Origin: Alphaproteobacteria bacterium
GTDB taxonomy: Bacteria; Pseudomonadota; Alphaproteobacteria; GCA-2731375
Direction: 5' to 3'
Assembly: GCA_965232515.1 (NCBI GenBank)
Contig: CBDDPY010000002.1
Span: forward strand, 1,440,001-1,504,000
DNA length: 64,000 nucleotides
Translations under genes and position numbers: made by a program
Notes under the pieces: model-generated
Told to the model about the DNA's origin: nothing
What the model saw: only the letters and a program-made list of their open reading frames with translations
Database searches by the model: none
Shown here: positions 1-11,693 of the stretch, in pieces
Layout: each line of letters opens with the position of its first letter
Numbering within the stretch: position 1 is the stretch's first letter

Positions 1-92
1 ACCAGCAGCATCGGATAGCGATGAGGGATCATCGCGACGATGCGGCCGATATCCGCGACATCCAACTCCTCGGCCGACAGCGTATCCGTCAT
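1..92 (-). CDS. fabZ: 3-hydroxyacyl-ACP dehydratase FabZ, N-terminal part (runs off window edge)
   Basis: Manual translation from the ATG at 92 gives [30 protein letters not shown], containing the FabZ PHRYP motif. ATGA overlap with the lpxD stop; canonical lpxD-fabZ order. Confidence 0.9.
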   Translation of the reverse strand, partial: MTDTLSAEELDVADIGRIVAMIPHRYPMLL

Positions 93-1117
93 GGTTTCTC
101 GTTCCTGTTCTGCGCCAGCCGCCGCAGCATGGCAATCTGTCTGAAAAACGTCTTATCCGGCACCGCCGGGGATCCGATCAGCCGCGCGCCCGGCGCCACG
201 TCGTTGATAACACCGCTTTGCGCGCCGATCTGGGCGCCGTCGCCAATCGTCAGATGGCCGGCCATGCCGGCCTGGCCGCCGACCGCGACGAAATTGCCCA
301 GCTTGGTGCTCCCGGAAATGCCCACTTGCGCCACGATGATGCAGCCGCGACCCAGGCGTACGTTGTGCCCGATCTGCACCAGATTATCAATCCAGCAACC
401 GTCGCCGATCACCGTGTCCTGCAGCGAGCCGCGGTCGATCGTGGTGTTGGCGCCGATTTCGCAACCATCACCGATGATCACCCGGCCGATCTGGGGAACC
501 TTGACGTGGCCGGCGGGATCGGGCGCGAAGCCGAAACCGTCCTGACCGATGCGGACGCCGGGATAGAGCACGACCCGATCGCCAATCAGGGCATGACTGA
601 CGGTCGCGCCGGCGCCAATCCGGCAATTGACGCCAACGGTCACGCCGTCGCAGATCACCGCGTTCGGACCAATCCGGGTGCCGTCCCCGATCTCGACGGC
701 GGCGCCGATGCTGGCGTTGGCGCCGACGAATACGCCGTCGCCAAGCCATGCGCTCGGATCGACCACCGCCGACGGCGCGATTTCCGCCGGCGCGTCGGAC
801 TCGGGATAGAACGCCTGGGCGATCAGCGCATAGGCACGATAAGGCTTGTCGGCTAGCAACAACGCCATGCTCTCGGGCGCCCGGTCGGCGAACCGCGGAT
901 GCACCACACAGGCGCCGGCGGCGCTCGCCCGATAGGCCTCGATATAGGCTGTGTTTTCGAGAAAGCTGATGCAGGTCTCGCCGGCCAGATCCAACGGGGC
1001 AACATCGCGCACAACCCGCTCCGCACTGGCCTTGTCGGCAATGTCGGCGCCGCTCAAGTCCGCAAGTTGCGTCAGGCTGAATGGCCCCTTGTTCTGGAAG
1101 AAACGCGGATCGGCCAT
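89..1117 (-). CDS. lpxD: UDP-3-O-acyl-glucosamine N-acyltransferase
   Basis: Hexapeptide repeats, GQDGFGF, NTTIDRG and DNLVQIGHN motifs; lies after bamA-skp. Confidence 0.97.
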   Translation of the reverse strand: MADPRFFQNKGPFSLTQLADLSGADIADKASAERVVRDVAPLDLAGETCISFLENTAYIEAYRASAAGACVVHPRFADRAPESMALLLADKPYRAYALIAQAFYPESDAPAEIAPSAVVDPSAWLGDGVFVGANASIGAAVEIGDGTRIGPNAVICDGVTVGVNCRIGAGATVSHALIGDRVVLYPGVRIGQDGFGFAPDPAGHVKVPQIGRVIIGDGCEIGANTTIDRGSLQDTVIGDGCWIDNLVQIGHNVRLGRGCIIVAQVGISGSTKLGNFVAVGGQAGMAGHLTIGDGAQIGAQSGVINDVAPGARLIGSPAVPDKTFFRQIAMLRRLAQNRNEKP

Positions 1118-1119
1118 TG

Positions 1120-1680
1120 CTAGTTCGCCGGCTGAGGGACCTCGACGGTGGGCAGTTTTTGATCCAACTGCTGGATCACCTCGGGCGTGATATCGAGCGC
1201 CTTGGTTGCGAACATGATCTGCGATTTGTCGACCACGACGTTGACGCCCATCTTCGTGGTCAGGTCGGCGACGATCGGGATCAAGGCGTCGCGAACGTCC
1301 TTCATCGCCCTTTCGAACGACCGGTCCAACTGTCGCATGCGGTCCTGCACCCGCCGCTGCACGTCGATCACCCGGCGCTCGAAGGCCAATCGGCGCTCCT
1401 CGAATGCCTCGGGCGCCAGGATCGCGCGCTGGCCTTTCAGGTCTTGTTCTTCCTGGCGCAGCGCCTGCTCCTCACCGGCGATATCGGCCTGATAAGATTT
1501 GCGATAGCCCTCGATCTGCCGCCGGATATCCTTGGCCGCCGACGAATCGCGCATCACCATCTGGGAGTCGAGGACCGCGATCACGGCCGCCGGAATCTCT
1601 TGCGCGCTGGCAGTCTCAGCCGCACCGGTCCACGACGCGGCAAGCAGACACAGCGCCGCGGATAACGTCCGATACCGCAT
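1120..1680 (-). CDS. skp: OmpH/Skp periplasmic chaperone
   Basis: Signal peptide, long coiled-coil body, C-terminal [11 protein letters not shown]; between bamA and lpxD. Confidence 0.9.
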   Translation of the reverse strand: MRYRTLSAALCLLAASWTGAAETASAQEIPAAVIAVLDSQMVMRDSSAAKDIRRQIEGYRKSYQADIAGEEQALRQEEQDLKGQRAILAPEAFEERRLAFERRVIDVQRRVQDRMRQLDRSFERAMKDVRDALIPIVADLTTKMGVNVVVDKSQIMFATKALDITPEVIQQLDQKLPTVEVPQPAN

Positions 1681-3956
1681 CAGAACCTTGTGCCGAAGCT
1701 AAAGCGGAACAATTCTTCCTCGTCGAAATCTTCTTTTACGATCGGCTGGGCGATATCCACCCGGATCGGACCAAACGGCGAGCGCCAGGACAGACCAAAA
1801 CCGGCGGATACCCGTGTCGACTTGGTATCCAGCAGCGCCGGGCCGCTGACATCCGGATCGGTCAGCGTTCCGGCCTCGGTGAATACACGGCCAAGAATAC
1901 CAAGTTCTTCGGCGAACCCGAGCGGAAATCTCAGCTCGCCCGTCGCCACGTAGAACACGTTACCGCCAATGGAGTCATTGGTCGCGTCGTCGCGCGGACC
2001 GACGCCGCCGGCCTCGAACCCGCGGAAGCTCTCTCCGCCGAGGAAGAACCGATTGGTGACGCGAACATCCTGACTCAGCCCCTCGATATGCCCCCCCTTC
2101 AGCGAGATGCTGCCCACCAGGTCTTCGAACAACGGGTAGTAGTAGGCCCAGCCACCCGTGGTCTGGATGTATTTGACGCTGCCGCCGATGCCGGCGAACT
2201 CCTGCCCGAAACGAATGATATAGCCGGTGCTCGGCTCGAACCTGTCGTCGCGCACATCGTAGGCGAAGTCATAGCCCACCGCCGAAGTCGTCGCCTCGCC
2301 CTCGTCGAGACGGATGAACTCGGACGTATCGTCGTCGATGTCGCTGATATCGTCGCGACGCAGGGTGTAGCGCACGCTTTGCCGCAGGTTCTCGGTGATC
2401 GGAAAACCGGAGCGCAGCCGCAGGCCGGTTGATTCCTCATCGAATGACGACCGGTCCTGCTGGTCGCGCTCGATATTGAAGACATCGATGCCGGCGGCCA
2501 GGTTGCGGTCCAGGAAATACGGTTCGGTAAACGACAGGTCGATCTGCTGACGCCGGGCCGACACGCTGACCGACGCGCGCAGATCCTGGCCCTTGCCGAG
2601 CAGATTTCGCTCCCGGATGCTAACGTCGCCGATGACCGACTCCGACGACGATACGCCGGCGCCGAAACTGAGCTCGCCGGTCGAGCGCTCCTGCACGTCG
2701 ACGTTCACGATGACCCGGTCGGGCGCGGTGCCCTGGTCCTGCGTCACCTCGACCTTGTCGAAGAACCCGAGGCCGCGGATGCGCTGTCGCGACCGGCGCA
2801 GCTTGGCGGTGTTGAACGCGTCGCCTTCGACCAACCGGAACTCGCGGCGAACGACCTCGTCGAGGGTGCGCACGTTGCCGGTGATGTTGATCCGCTCGAC
2901 ATAGACCCGCGGCCCCTCGTTGATGTCGTAGGTGACGGCAATCTGACGGTTCTCGCGGTTTCGATCGATGCGCGGGCGAATGTCGACGAAGGCATAACCG
3001 AGCTCGCCCAGCGCGAAGGTGAGATCCTCGATGCTGTCCTCGATCTGCTCGGCATTGTAGGTCTCGCCCTCAGCCGTCTTCAGATAGATGCGCAGCGTTT
3101 CGGGGTCGAGGTTGCGCAGGGTCGACGTCACCGAGATCTCGCCGAAGCTGTAGATCTCGCCCTCGTCGACGGTAAAGGTAATGAAGAATGAATCCCGGTC
3201 TTCGGTCAGCTCCGCCACCGCGGACACCACGCGAAAGTCGGCATAGCCGCGCTCCAGGTAGAACTTGCGCAACAGTTCGCGGTCGAGCGTGAGCCGGTCC
3301 GGATCGTAGCTGTCGTCGCTGGTCAGAAACCGGTACCAGCGCGTTTCCTTGGTGATGACCGCCCGCTTCAGGCGGTCGTCGCTGAACGCCTCGTTGCCGA
3401 TGAAATCGATCCGCCGGATGCCCGTCAGCGGTCCCTCGTTGACCTCGAAGACCAGGTCGACGCGGTTCTGCGGCAGTTGGATGACCTTCGGCTCAACGGT
3501 TGCGGCGAACCGGCCGCTGCGCCGATAGACCTGCAACAGGCGCTGGACATCGGCCTGGACCCGGCTGCGCGTATAGACCACCCGCGGGCGTAGCTGCACT
3601 TCCTGCTCGAGCACGTCGTCGCCGATCCGCCGGTTCCCCTCGAACGCCAGGCGGTTGATGATCGGGTTCTCGACCACGGACACCACCAGCGCCGAGCCTT
3701 GCTGACGCACCGAAACGTCGGCGAACAAGCCCGTCGCGAACAGCGCCTTCAGAGCCCGGTCGGCGCGCGCGGGATCGTAGACCTCGCCCGGGGCCAGGCC
3801 CATATAGGAGCGGACGGTATCGGCTTCGATACGCTGGTTGCCCTCGACCCTGATCTCGCTAATAACGCCGCTGCCCGATTGCGCTTTCGCGCCTTGCGCC
3901 GCCGTTCCGATAATCAGGAACACTACGGCCAAGCCGAGCCTCAAGCTACGCAGCAC
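1680..3956 (-). CDS. bamA: Outer membrane protein assembly factor BamA
   Basis: POTRA repeats (VEGNQRIE, FEGN, FIGN, ITGN), FRGF loop motif, C-terminal FSFGTRF. Confidence 0.98.
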   Translation of the reverse strand: MLRSLRLGLAVVFLIIGTAAQGAKAQSGSGVISEIRVEGNQRIEADTVRSYMGLAPGEVYDPARADRALKALFATGLFADVSVRQQGSALVVSVVENPIINRLAFEGNRRIGDDVLEQEVQLRPRVVYTRSRVQADVQRLLQVYRRSGRFAATVEPKVIQLPQNRVDLVFEVNEGPLTGIRRIDFIGNEAFSDDRLKRAVITKETRWYRFLTSDDSYDPDRLTLDRELLRKFYLERGYADFRVVSAVAELTEDRDSFFITFTVDEGEIYSFGEISVTSTLRNLDPETLRIYLKTAEGETYNAEQIEDSIEDLTFALGELGYAFVDIRPRIDRNRENRQIAVTYDINEGPRVYVERINITGNVRTLDEVVRREFRLVEGDAFNTAKLRRSRQRIRGLGFFDKVEVTQDQGTAPDRVIVNVDVQERSTGELSFGAGVSSSESVIGDVSIRERNLLGKGQDLRASVSVSARRQQIDLSFTEPYFLDRNLAAGIDVFNIERDQQDRSSFDEESTGLRLRSGFPITENLRQSVRYTLRRDDISDIDDDTSEFIRLDEGEATTSAVGYDFAYDVRDDRFEPSTGYIIRFGQEFAGIGGSVKYIQTTGGWAYYYPLFEDLVGSISLKGGHIEGLSQDVRVTNRFFLGGESFRGFEAGGVGPRDDATNDSIGGNVFYVATGELRFPLGFAEELGILGRVFTEAGTLTDPDVSGPALLDTKSTRVSAGFGLSWRSPFGPIRVDIAQPIVKEDFDEEELFRFSFGTRF

Positions 3957-3984
3957 AACTCCTCCCTTGGCGACGGGCCGGCTT

Positions 3985-5394
3985 CTATGAAAGCAGGCCG
4001 GCGATGTACTCGACCACCCGCAGGTTGACGAGATCGTTCCACGTCACAAAAACGGTAAGGCCCAATATCATCATCAGGCCGACGCGAAAAGCATACTCCT
4101 GCATCCGCTCGGTCAACGGCTTGCCGCGGATGGCTTCGCAGGCATAGAACAACAAATGCCCGCCGTCGAGTACGGGCACCGGAAATAGGTTGATAATTCC
4201 CAAATTAAGGGAAAGCAGCACCGACAACAGGATGAGCTGTTCCACGCCTCCCTGGGCCGCCTGACCGGAAACATGCGCGATTCGCAGCGGCCCGCCCAAC
4301 TCCTCGGTGCCGCGGGTCCCCATGATCATCTGGCCGACATATTCGAACGTGCGGTCGACCATATTGACCGAAACCTTCGCCGCCTCAACGAGGGAGCTCA
4401 GCGGACCATGACGGTAGAGCGGCCGTGGCGCCCGTTCGATACCCAGCAGCCAGCGGTCGACGGTCACACCGCCAGCGGTTTCCGTGCTGTGGCGCTCGGC
4501 CGCGACCCGCAACCGAACCTCCTCGCCGTTCCGCACGACGTCGACCTGCAGCTCGCGACCGGCACTGGCCGCCACCACGTCCTGCAGCCGCTCGAAATTG
4601 TCGACCGCGGCATCATCGATGCGAACGATATGATCGCCGGCCAGGAAGCCGGCGGCCTCGGCCGGGCTGTCGGGCCGGACCGCGCCGATGATCGCCTTGT
4701 TCGCCGGAAAGACGTCGATCACGCCGAACAGGCTGACGGGGCCATTCGCGGGATCGGTCTCAACCTCGGTCGGCGTAACCGAGAGCGTCAGCGTGTCGTC
4801 GCCCCGGCGGACGACGATCGGAATGGTCCGGTCCGGATTCATGAACACGGCTTCGTTCACATCCTCGAACCGGGTCACGGTGTCGCCGTCAATCTCCAGG
4901 ACCACGTCACCGGCGACGAGACCGGCGGCGGCGCCGGCGCCGTCGGGCAGGACCCGACCGATCTCCGGCGGGGTGATCCGCTGTCCATAGAAGATGAACA
5001 GGCCGGCCAGCACGACGATGGCGTAAATGAAGTTCGCGATCGGCCCGGCCGCGACAATGGCCGCCCGTTGCCCGAGGCGTTTGTGGTGGAACGAGACGGC
5101 CTGCTCGTCCGGACTGAGCGACGACACCACGTCCTTGTCGGCGGCGCTCGCCGCGTTGCTGTCGCCAAAGAACTTCACATAGCCGCCAAGCGGAATTGAG
5201 GCGATCTTCCAGCGCGTCCCGCTCTTGCCGGTCCAGCCGTAGAGCTCAGGCCCGAATCCGATCGAGAACACCTCGACGCGCACGCCATTCCACCGCGCCA
5301 CCAGGTAATGGCCCATTTCATGCACGAATACCAAAACGGTCAAAACGACCAGGAATGGCAGCACGTAGGTCACGAGACCGGTGAGAAATTCCAT
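3985..5394 (-). CDS. rseP: RIP metalloprotease RseP with two PDZ domains
   Basis: HEMGH zinc motif, AGPIANF, NLFPVPVLDGG; between dxr and bamA. Confidence 0.96.
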   Translation of the reverse strand: MEFLTGLVTYVLPFLVVLTVLVFVHEMGHYLVARWNGVRVEVFSIGFGPELYGWTGKSGTRWKIASIPLGGYVKFFGDSNAASAADKDVVSSLSPDEQAVSFHHKRLGQRAAIVAAGPIANFIYAIVVLAGLFIFYGQRITPPEIGRVLPDGAGAAAGLVAGDVVLEIDGDTVTRFEDVNEAVFMNPDRTIPIVVRRGDDTLTLSVTPTEVETDPANGPVSLFGVIDVFPANKAIIGAVRPDSPAEAAGFLAGDHIVRIDDAAVDNFERLQDVVAASAGRELQVDVVRNGEEVRLRVAAERHSTETAGGVTVDRWLLGIERAPRPLYRHGPLSSLVEAAKVSVNMVDRTFEYVGQMIMGTRGTEELGGPLRIAHVSGQAAQGGVEQLILLSVLLSLNLGIINLFPVPVLDGGHLLFYACEAIRGKPLTERMQEYAFRVGLMMILGLTVFVTWNDLVNLRVVEYIAGLLS

Positions 5395-5439
5395 GCTGTC
5401 GGAGGTCCTTCGTTACCTATTCCGGCCCACGGTCGACTG

Positions 5440-6618
5440 CTATGTCGCGCCGACAAGATCGGCTGCCGTCCGGCGCGCGTCGGCGTCCGCCTCGTCGACC
5501 TCATCGAGACAGCCGATCGGCGATTGCACAAGTCGCTGCAAAGTCTCCTCGACAATGCGGGCAATGTCGAGAAACCCGATACGGCCGGCCAAGAAAGCCT
5601 CGACGGCGACTTCATTGGCGGCATTGAGGATAGTTGGCGCCGCGCCGCCGGTTTGCAAGGCTTGGCGGGCCAGGCGGATGGCCGGGAAAAGCTCGGAATC
5701 CGGCGCCTGGAAATCCAGCCGGCCGATCGTGGCCAGGTCCAGTCGGGGCGCCGGCGTCTCGATCCGGGCCGGCCAGCCCAACGTGTAGGCGATCGGCGTC
5801 CGCATATCCGGCGCACCGAGCTGAGCCAGCACCGAGCCGTCGCGATAGGCTACCAGCGAGTGCACGACCGACTGCGGATGGATCAGCACCTCGATCTGCC
5901 CGCCGTCGACGGGGAACAGATAGGCCGCCTCGATCAGTTCGAGCCCTTTGTTCATCATGGTCGCCGAGTCGACGGAGATCTTGACGCCCATCTGCCAATT
6001 CGGGTGGTCGATGGCCTGGGCTGGCGTGACCTCGGCCATGGCCGAACGGTCGAGGTTGAGGAACGGCCCGCCCGAGGCCGTCAGGATAATGCGCTCGACC
6101 GCGTCCGGCCGGTCGAAGTCGAAAACCTGGAAGATCGCGTTGTGTTCGGAATCGACCGGCAACAGGGTCGCCCCGCTGCTGCGCACCTGCTCCAGCATCA
6201 GTTCGCCGGCGCAGACAAGGCATTCCTTGTTGGCCAGCGCGACAACGGCGCCACGCTGGACGGCGGCAAGGGTCGGCCGCAAACCGGCCGCCCCGACGAT
6301 CGCCGCCATGACCCAGTCGGCCGGCCGGTCGGCCGCCTCGACCAAGGCTTGCTCGCCGGCGGCGGTCTCGATATCGGTGCCGGCCAGCGCCGCCTTCAGG
6401 TCGACGTAACGGTCGGGATCGCCGATTACGGCCAGACGAGCGCCCAACTGGCGCGCCTGTTGCGCCAGCAGGTCGACATTGCGGTAAGCGGTCAGCGCTT
6501 CGATTTCATAGGCTTCCGGATTGCGCGCGATCAGATCGATCGTGCTGCAGCCGACCGATCCCGTGGCGCCGAGAATGCTGACGCGGCGCGGCAGTGCCTG
6601 CGATGTCACCAGCTCCAT
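5440..6618 (-). CDS. dxr: 1-deoxy-D-xylulose 5-phosphate reductoisomerase
   Basis: LGATGSVG, LANKE, PVDSEH, TASGGPF, HPNWQMG and NKGLE motifs. Start set at the ATG overlapping the cdsA stop (alternative 6624). Confidence 0.96.
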   Translation of the reverse strand: MELVTSQALPRRVSILGATGSVGCSTIDLIARNPEAYEIEALTAYRNVDLLAQQARQLGARLAVIGDPDRYVDLKAALAGTDIETAAGEQALVEAADRPADWVMAAIVGAAGLRPTLAAVQRGAVVALANKECLVCAGELMLEQVRSSGATLLPVDSEHNAIFQVFDFDRPDAVERIILTASGGPFLNLDRSAMAEVTPAQAIDHPNWQMGVKISVDSATMMNKGLELIEAAYLFPVDGGQIEVLIHPQSVVHSLVAYRDGSVLAQLGAPDMRTPIAYTLGWPARIETPAPRLDLATIGRLDFQAPDSELFPAIRLARQALQTGGAAPTILNAANEVAVEAFLAGRIGFLDIARIVEETLQRLVQSPIGCLDEVDEADADARRTAADLVGAT

Positions 6619-7469
6619 CACCATTCCGGCACACCACCCGTGCTCAACCACACCAGGACCGCGGCGGCCGGCAGCACGAACAGCAGCGCGTCAAGCCGGT
6701 CGAGGATGCCGCCATGCCCGGGGATCAGGGCGCCGCTGTCCTTTACCGAGAAATGCCGCTTGAGCGCCGATTCCGCCAGGTCGCCGACCTGCGAGAACGC
6801 GGCCAGGACCGCACTGATCACGGTCAACTCCAGAACGCCGCCAAGCCCGGTCGTTTTCGCCGCCACGGCGCCAACCAGCGCCGCGCCGACGACCCCGCCG
6901 GCGAGCCCCGCCCAGGTTTTGTTCGGGCTGACGCGTGGCGCCAGTTTGGGCCCGCCGATGCCACGGCCGGCGGCATAGGCGCCGCTGTCGCTGGCCCAGA
7001 CCAGAACCAACACCCAGAGCACGGCTTCCAGCCCGACGTCAGGAAGTTGGCGCAGCCAGACGGCGGCAATACATGGCAACCCCAGCCAAAGCACGCCCAG
7101 CATCGGCCAGACCAGCCGCCGGTTTTGCCAATGTCCGATAACCGCCATCAGCGGAACCGCCGCCAGCAGCAGATAAACGGCCTCCATGGTCGCGCCGATG
7201 GCCGTCAGCAAGACCGTCGACAGCATCAGCACGGCCAGTGCGATCCCCGACGGACCAACGCCGGTACCGCCCGTCAGGCGGTCCCATTCATGGGCCATCA
7301 GCAGGCCGGCGACCGCGACCAACCCCGTAAACCACCAGCCGCCGAGCGCAACCAGGGCCACGGCAACCGGGATCAGAACCGCGGCCGATAAGACGCGCAG
7401 CCGAAGATTGCTGGCCGTGGCCTCAGCCACTCGTGGCGCCGTATCGTCGCTCGCGGCCGTGAAACTCAT
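6618..7469 (-). CDS. cdsA: Phosphatidate cytidylyltransferase
   Basis: Hydrophobic protein with SPNKTW and GDLAES..KR...[18 protein letters not shown] signature. Confidence 0.96.
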   Translation of the reverse strand: MSFTAASDDTAPRVAEATASNLRLRVLSAAVLIPVAVALVALGGWWFTGLVAVAGLLMAHEWDRLTGGTGVGPSGIALAVLMLSTVLLTAIGATMEAVYLLLAAVPLMAVIGHWQNRRLVWPMLGVLWLGLPCIAAVWLRQLPDVGLEAVLWVLVLVWASDSGAYAAGRGIGGPKLAPRVSPNKTWAGLAGGVVGAALVGAVAAKTTGLGGVLELTVISAVLAAFSQVGDLAESALKRHFSVKDSGALIPGHGGILDRLDALLFVLPAAAVLVWLSTGGVPEW

Positions 7470-8157
7470 TGATGGCCTCTACCAGGTTCTGCTTGTTGAA
7501 GTCGGGCCACAGGGTGTCCATGAACACCAGCTCCGTATACGCCGACTGCCACAACAGAAAGTTACTCAGCCGCTGCTCGCCGCTCGTGCGGATCAGGATA
7601 TCGGGATCGGGGATGTCGATGGTCTGCAGATAGCCGGCAAACCGCGTTTCGTCGATGTCGTCCGGCCGCAGGCGCCCGTCGGCGACGTCTCGGGCGATGG
7701 CCCGCGCCGCGCAGACGATCTCATTGTGGCTGCCGTAGTTGAGGGCGATGACCAGGGTCAACCCGCCGTTCCCGGCCGTCCGGCTCTCGGCTTCGTCGAT
7801 CAGCGACACGATGTCATCCGCCAACCCGTGGCGCTCGCCGATGAAGCGGACGCGCACACCGCTTCGATGCAGAGCCGCCAGCTCGCGCCGCAGATAGACC
7901 CGCAGAAGGCCCATGAGGTCTTCGACCTCCGAGGGCGGCCGCTTCCAGTTCTCAGACGAGAAAGCGTAGAGCGTCAGATAGCCGATTCCGAGATCCTGTG
8001 CGCCCTCGACCACCCGTCTGACGGCCTCGGAGCCGCGCTGGTGTCCGGCGATACGTGGCAGGCCCCTCGCCTTCGCCCAACGGCCGTTGCCATCCATGAT
8101 GATGGCGACGTGGGCCGGCGGACTCAGGTCCGTTTTTTGCGCTGATGCGGTCGACAT
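7423..8157 (-). CDS. uppS: Undecaprenyl diphosphate synthase
   Basis: [22 protein letters not shown] and [15 protein letters not shown]; start moved to MSTAS just after the frr stop. Confidence 0.96.
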   Translation of the reverse strand: MSTASAQKTDLSPPAHVAIIMDGNGRWAKARGLPRIAGHQRGSEAVRRVVEGAQDLGIGYLTLYAFSSENWKRPPSEVEDLMGLLRVYLRRELAALHRSGVRVRFIGERHGLADDIVSLIDEAESRTAGNGGLTLVIALNYGSHNEIVCAARAIARDVADGRLRPDDIDETRFAGYLQTIDIPDPDILIRTSGEQRLSNFLLWQSAYTELVFMDTLWPDFNKQNLVEAINEFHGRERRYGATSG

Positions 8158-8161
8158 CGCG

Positions 8162-8719
8162 TCAAACCTGCATGATTTCCTTTTCCTTGGTCGCAAGAGC
8201 GTCATCGATTTTCCCGATCACCTCGTCGGTGATTTTCTGAATCTCCTGCCCCCAATGGCGATGCTCGTCCTCACTGATCTCGTGGTCTTTTTCCATGCGC
8301 TTGAGCAGTTCCATGCCGTCCCGACGGACATTGCGCACGGCCACGCGGGTCTGTTCGGCGTACTTGCCGGCGACCTTCGTCATTTCCTGTCTGCGTTCCT
8401 CGGTCAGCTCCGGTATCGGCACCCGTACGAGCTGGCCGTCGGAGGCCGGATTGAGACCGAGGTTCGACTCTCGGATGGCCTTCTCGACAGCCCCGACCAA
8501 CGACTTGTCCCAGACCTGAACCGTCAGCATGCGCGGCTCCGGTGCGCTGACGGTGCCGACCTGGTTCATCGGCATCTGGCTGCCATAAGCATCGACCGTC
8601 ACCGGTTCCAACAGGCTGGTCGACGCCCGCCCGGTCCGCAGGCCGCCGAATTCCTGCCGCAGGACCTCCAGAGCGCCATTCATGCGTCGTCTCAAATCGG
8701 CAAGGTCCGGCTCCGCCAT
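8162..8719 (-). CDS. frr: Ribosome recycling factor
   Basis: [15 protein letters not shown] and RNVRRD motifs; 185 aa. Confidence 0.98.
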   Translation of the reverse strand: MAEPDLADLRRRMNGALEVLRQEFGGLRTGRASTSLLEPVTVDAYGSQMPMNQVGTVSAPEPRMLTVQVWDKSLVGAVEKAIRESNLGLNPASDGQLVRVPIPELTEERRQEMTKVAGKYAEQTRVAVRNVRRDGMELLKRMEKDHEISEDEHRHWGQEIQKITDEVIGKIDDALATKEKEIMQV

Positions 8720-8722
8720 GGC

Positions 8723-9472
8723 TCAGTCTCCCTCCGTTATGATCGTGAAGCGCCCGTGCCCCGATACCACGTCGGCGAACGCTCCCGGATTGTGTATGGA
8801 GAAAACCAGTATCGGAATATTGTTTTCGCGGGCAAGCGAGATCGCCGAGGCGTCCATCACCCGCAGGTCACGGGCCAGCACCTCGTGATAGGTCAGCTTG
8901 TCGTATCGCGTGGCGTCGGCATCGACCTTCGGGTCGGCGCTATAGACGCCATCGACCTGGGTTGCCTTCAGCAAAAGGTCGCATCCCATTTCGGCCGCCC
9001 GAAGCGCCGCCGTGGTGTCCGTGGTGAAGAACGGATTGCCCGTGCCGGCGGCAAAGATCACCACCCGGCCCTTTTCGATATGCCGCACCGCCCGCCGCCG
9101 GATGTAAGGCTCGCAGACCGTCGACATGGGAATCGCCGACAGCACCCGGGTCTCCAGGCCCTGCGCCTCAAGCGCGTTCTGCACGGCCAGCGCGTTGATA
9201 ACCGTCGCCAGCATGCCCATGTAGTCGGCGCTGGCCCGTTCCATGCCCACGGTCGCGGCGGAGATGCCGCGGAAGATGTTGCCGCCGCCGATGACCAGGC
9301 AAACCTCGACGCCCAGATCGGCCACCTGCCGCACGTCGCCGGCAATCTGCCGCACCGTCTCGAAGTCGATGCCGTAATCGCCGTCGCCCATCAGGGCTTC
9401 GCCGGAGACCTTTAACAGCACACGGCGATACTGGGCGGCTGAGACGGCAGGGCTGGCTTCGGAGCTTGGCAT
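8723..9472 (-). CDS. pyrH: UMP kinase
   Basis: [19 protein letters not shown] and [10 protein letters not shown]; start uncertain (MPSSEAS at 9472 chosen). Confidence 0.95.
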   Translation of the reverse strand: MPSSEASPAVSAAQYRRVLLKVSGEALMGDGDYGIDFETVRQIAGDVRQVADLGVEVCLVIGGGNIFRGISAATVGMERASADYMGMLATVINALAVQNALEAQGLETRVLSAIPMSTVCEPYIRRRAVRHIEKGRVVIFAAGTGNPFFTTDTTAALRAAEMGCDLLLKATQVDGVYSADPKVDADATRYDKLTYHEVLARDLRVMDASAISLARENNIPILVFSIHNPGAFADVVSGHGRFTIITEGD

Positions 9473-9632
9473 CGCGGCTATCCAGGCGGCATGACCATAC
9501 GGATAATCGGGGCCGCCAGCGTCCGGCGCGGCGGCGCCCATGACGGCTGATCGCGGGCCCCGGAAATCACGGGGAACCTACTACAATCCCGGCACCGACA
9601 ACAGCAATGCCGGCACCCCCGATCGGCTGGCG

Positions 9633-10559
9633 TCAGCCGGCGACCTGCGCCGCAACCTCGGCAGCGAAATCCGATTCCTGCTTTTCAATCCCCTCACCCA
9701 GCGAAAAGCGCGCGAATTCCGTCACCTTCACGTCGGCGCCGACATCCTGGCTGGCGTCCTCCAAAACCTTGGCAACGGTCCGTTCGCCGTCGTGGACCCA
9801 GGTCTGCTGAAGCAGAACCACCTCTTCATAGAACTTGCGCAGTCGGCCTTCGACCATCTTTTCGATGATATTTTCAGGCTTGCCCGATTCGCGCGCCTGC
9901 TCGATCAGGACGCTGCGCTCGCGCTCGACAGCGGTCGGGTCAAGGTCGTCCACGCTGACCGACTCCGGCGCGGCGGCGGCGATGTGCATGGCGATCTGCT
10001 TGCCAAGTTCGGTCAGCTTCGCCGAATCGCCCGTCGAACTGAGACCGACAAGCACGCCGATGCGGCCCATGCCGGGTTGGACGGCGCCATGCACGTAGCT
10101 GCCGACAACCCCGCTGTCGACGTTGATAACGGCCGCGCGGCGCAGGCTCATGTTCTCGCCGATGGTCGCGATCAGCTGCGTCAGCTCGTCCGCCACGTTC
10201 CGCCCCGTGCCCGGATAATCGGCCGCTTGCAGCGCGGCGATGTCACCACCGGTGTCCTTCGCCAGCGTCGCGATGTTAGCGGCGAAGCCCTGGAACTGCT
10301 CGTTGCGCGCAACGAAATCGGTCTCGGAGTTCACTTCGACGACAGCACCCGTGGCGCCGTCGGCGGCGACCGCCACCAGTCCTTCGGCGGCGACGCGGCC
10401 AGCCTTCTTCGCCGCGGCGGCCAATCCCTTCGAACGCAGCCAGTCGACCGCCGCTTCCATATCGCCCTCGTTTTCCTGCAAGGCCTTCTTGCAGTCCATC
10501 ATGCCGGCGCCGGTTTTGTCGCGTAGCTCTTTGACGAGCGCCGCCGTGATATTCGTCAT
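9633..10559 (-). CDS. tsf: Elongation factor Ts
   Basis: [19 protein letters not shown] and NSETDFVA. Confidence 0.98.
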   Translation of the reverse strand: MTNITAALVKELRDKTGAGMMDCKKALQENEGDMEAAVDWLRSKGLAAAAKKAGRVAAEGLVAVAADGATGAVVEVNSETDFVARNEQFQGFAANIATLAKDTGGDIAALQAADYPGTGRNVADELTQLIATIGENMSLRRAAVINVDSGVVGSYVHGAVQPGMGRIGVLVGLSSTGDSAKLTELGKQIAMHIAAAAPESVSVDDLDPTAVERERSVLIEQARESGKPENIIEKMVEGRLRKFYEEVVLLQQTWVHDGERTVAKVLEDASQDVGADVKVTEFARFSLGEGIEKQESDFAAEVAAQVAG

Positions 10560-10627
10560 AACTGATCCTCTTGCCTAAAAACGTTCGCTAACCCACTGGC
10601 GTTCTTGCAACACCGCTGGATCGCACA

Positions 10628-11515
10628 TCAGGATGTCGCGGCGGCCGCCTCCGGCTCCGCGGCTTCCGATGTTTCGGCCGGGGCCGCGGGGGCTTCGGCG
10701 CCCTCTGCCTGCACGGCATCGCCTTCGGCCGGTGCCGGTGCCGCGGCCTCTGCCTCGGCCGGCAGCTCCTCGACCACCGGCTCTTCGGCCTCGCCAATAT
10801 CCTCGCCGCTCGCCGCAATCTCGCGCTGCAGGCCGGAAATCACGGCGCGGGAGGCGAGATCCAGATAGAGGCTGATGGCGCGCGCCGCGTCGTCATTGCC
10901 CGGGATCGGATGGCTGACGATGTCGGGGTCGCAATTGCTGTCGACGATCGCCAGAACCGGAATGCCGAGCTTGGAGGCTTCCTTGATGGCGATCTCTTCC
11001 TTGTTGGTGTCGATGACCACCAGCATGTCCGGCAGACCGCCCATTTCCTTGATGCCGCCCAGGGCCCGGACCAGCTTGTCGCGTTCGCGCGTGAGACGAA
11101 GCAGTTCCTTCTTCGTCAGGCCGACATTTTCCTCCGCCAGACGCTCTTCCAGCGTGTTCAGGCGGCGGATCGAATTCGAGATCGTCTTCCAGTTGGTCAG
11201 CATGCCGCCGAGCCAACGGTGGTTGACGTAGTACTGGCCGCAGCGCTCCGCCGCCTCGGCAATCTGCTGCGAGGCCTGGCGCTTGGTGCCGACGAACAGA
11301 ACCCGACCCCCGCCCGAAACGACATCGCGCAAGGTTGCGAGGCCGCGATGCAGCATCGGCACCGTCTGACGCAGGTCGATAATGTGAATGTTGTTCCGAA
11401 CGCCGAAGATGAAGGGATCCATCTTCGGATTCCAGCGGTGGGTCTGGTGCCCGAAATGCACGCCCGCTTCCAGAAGCTGGCGCATCGTAAAGGTTGGCAG
11501 TTCAGCGACGCTCAT
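10628..11515 (-). CDS. rpsB: 30S ribosomal protein S2 with Ala/Glu-rich C-terminal tail
   Basis: [21 protein letters not shown] and PGNDDA; start MSVAEL preceded by GGAG. Confidence 0.97.
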   Translation of the reverse strand: MSVAELPTFTMRQLLEAGVHFGHQTHRWNPKMDPFIFGVRNNIHIIDLRQTVPMLHRGLATLRDVVSGGGRVLFVGTKRQASQQIAEAAERCGQYYVNHRWLGGMLTNWKTISNSIRRLNTLEERLAEENVGLTKKELLRLTRERDKLVRALGGIKEMGGLPDMLVVIDTNKEEIAIKEASKLGIPVLAIVDSNCDPDIVSHPIPGNDDAARAISLYLDLASRAVISGLQREIAASGEDIGEAEEPVVEELPAEAEAAAPAPAEGDAVQAEGAEAPAAPAETSEAAEPEAAAATS

Positions 11516-11640
11516 GCTCTCTTCTCCGGTTTGCCGCCGCGGGTGCAATATCCGATCAACCGCTCAAAGCCGAGGTCGGACACCGGAGCGACATGCCGGG
11601 TCTGTCTGTCCGGCCCGCCGCGAACCCGCGTGTGGGATAA
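11516..11640 (-). promoter_or_regulatory. rpsB 5' leader (t44/S2 autoregulatory element-like)
   Basis: Long leader beginning CCCACACGCGGG and containing CCGGTG and CCCGCGGCGGCAAACCGG just before the RBS; resembles the S2-responsive rpsB leader. Confidence 0.6.
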
Positions 11641-11650
11641 AATCGAGGGC

Positions 11651-11679
11651 TAGATAGACCGAATCGCCGGTTTATGCAA
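11651..11679 (-). promoter_or_regulatory. Putative sigma70 promoter of rpsB-tsf
   Basis: Minus strand TTGCAT-N17-TATCTA. Confidence 0.55.
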
Positions 11680-11693
11680 GCGGAAGCACCGGT

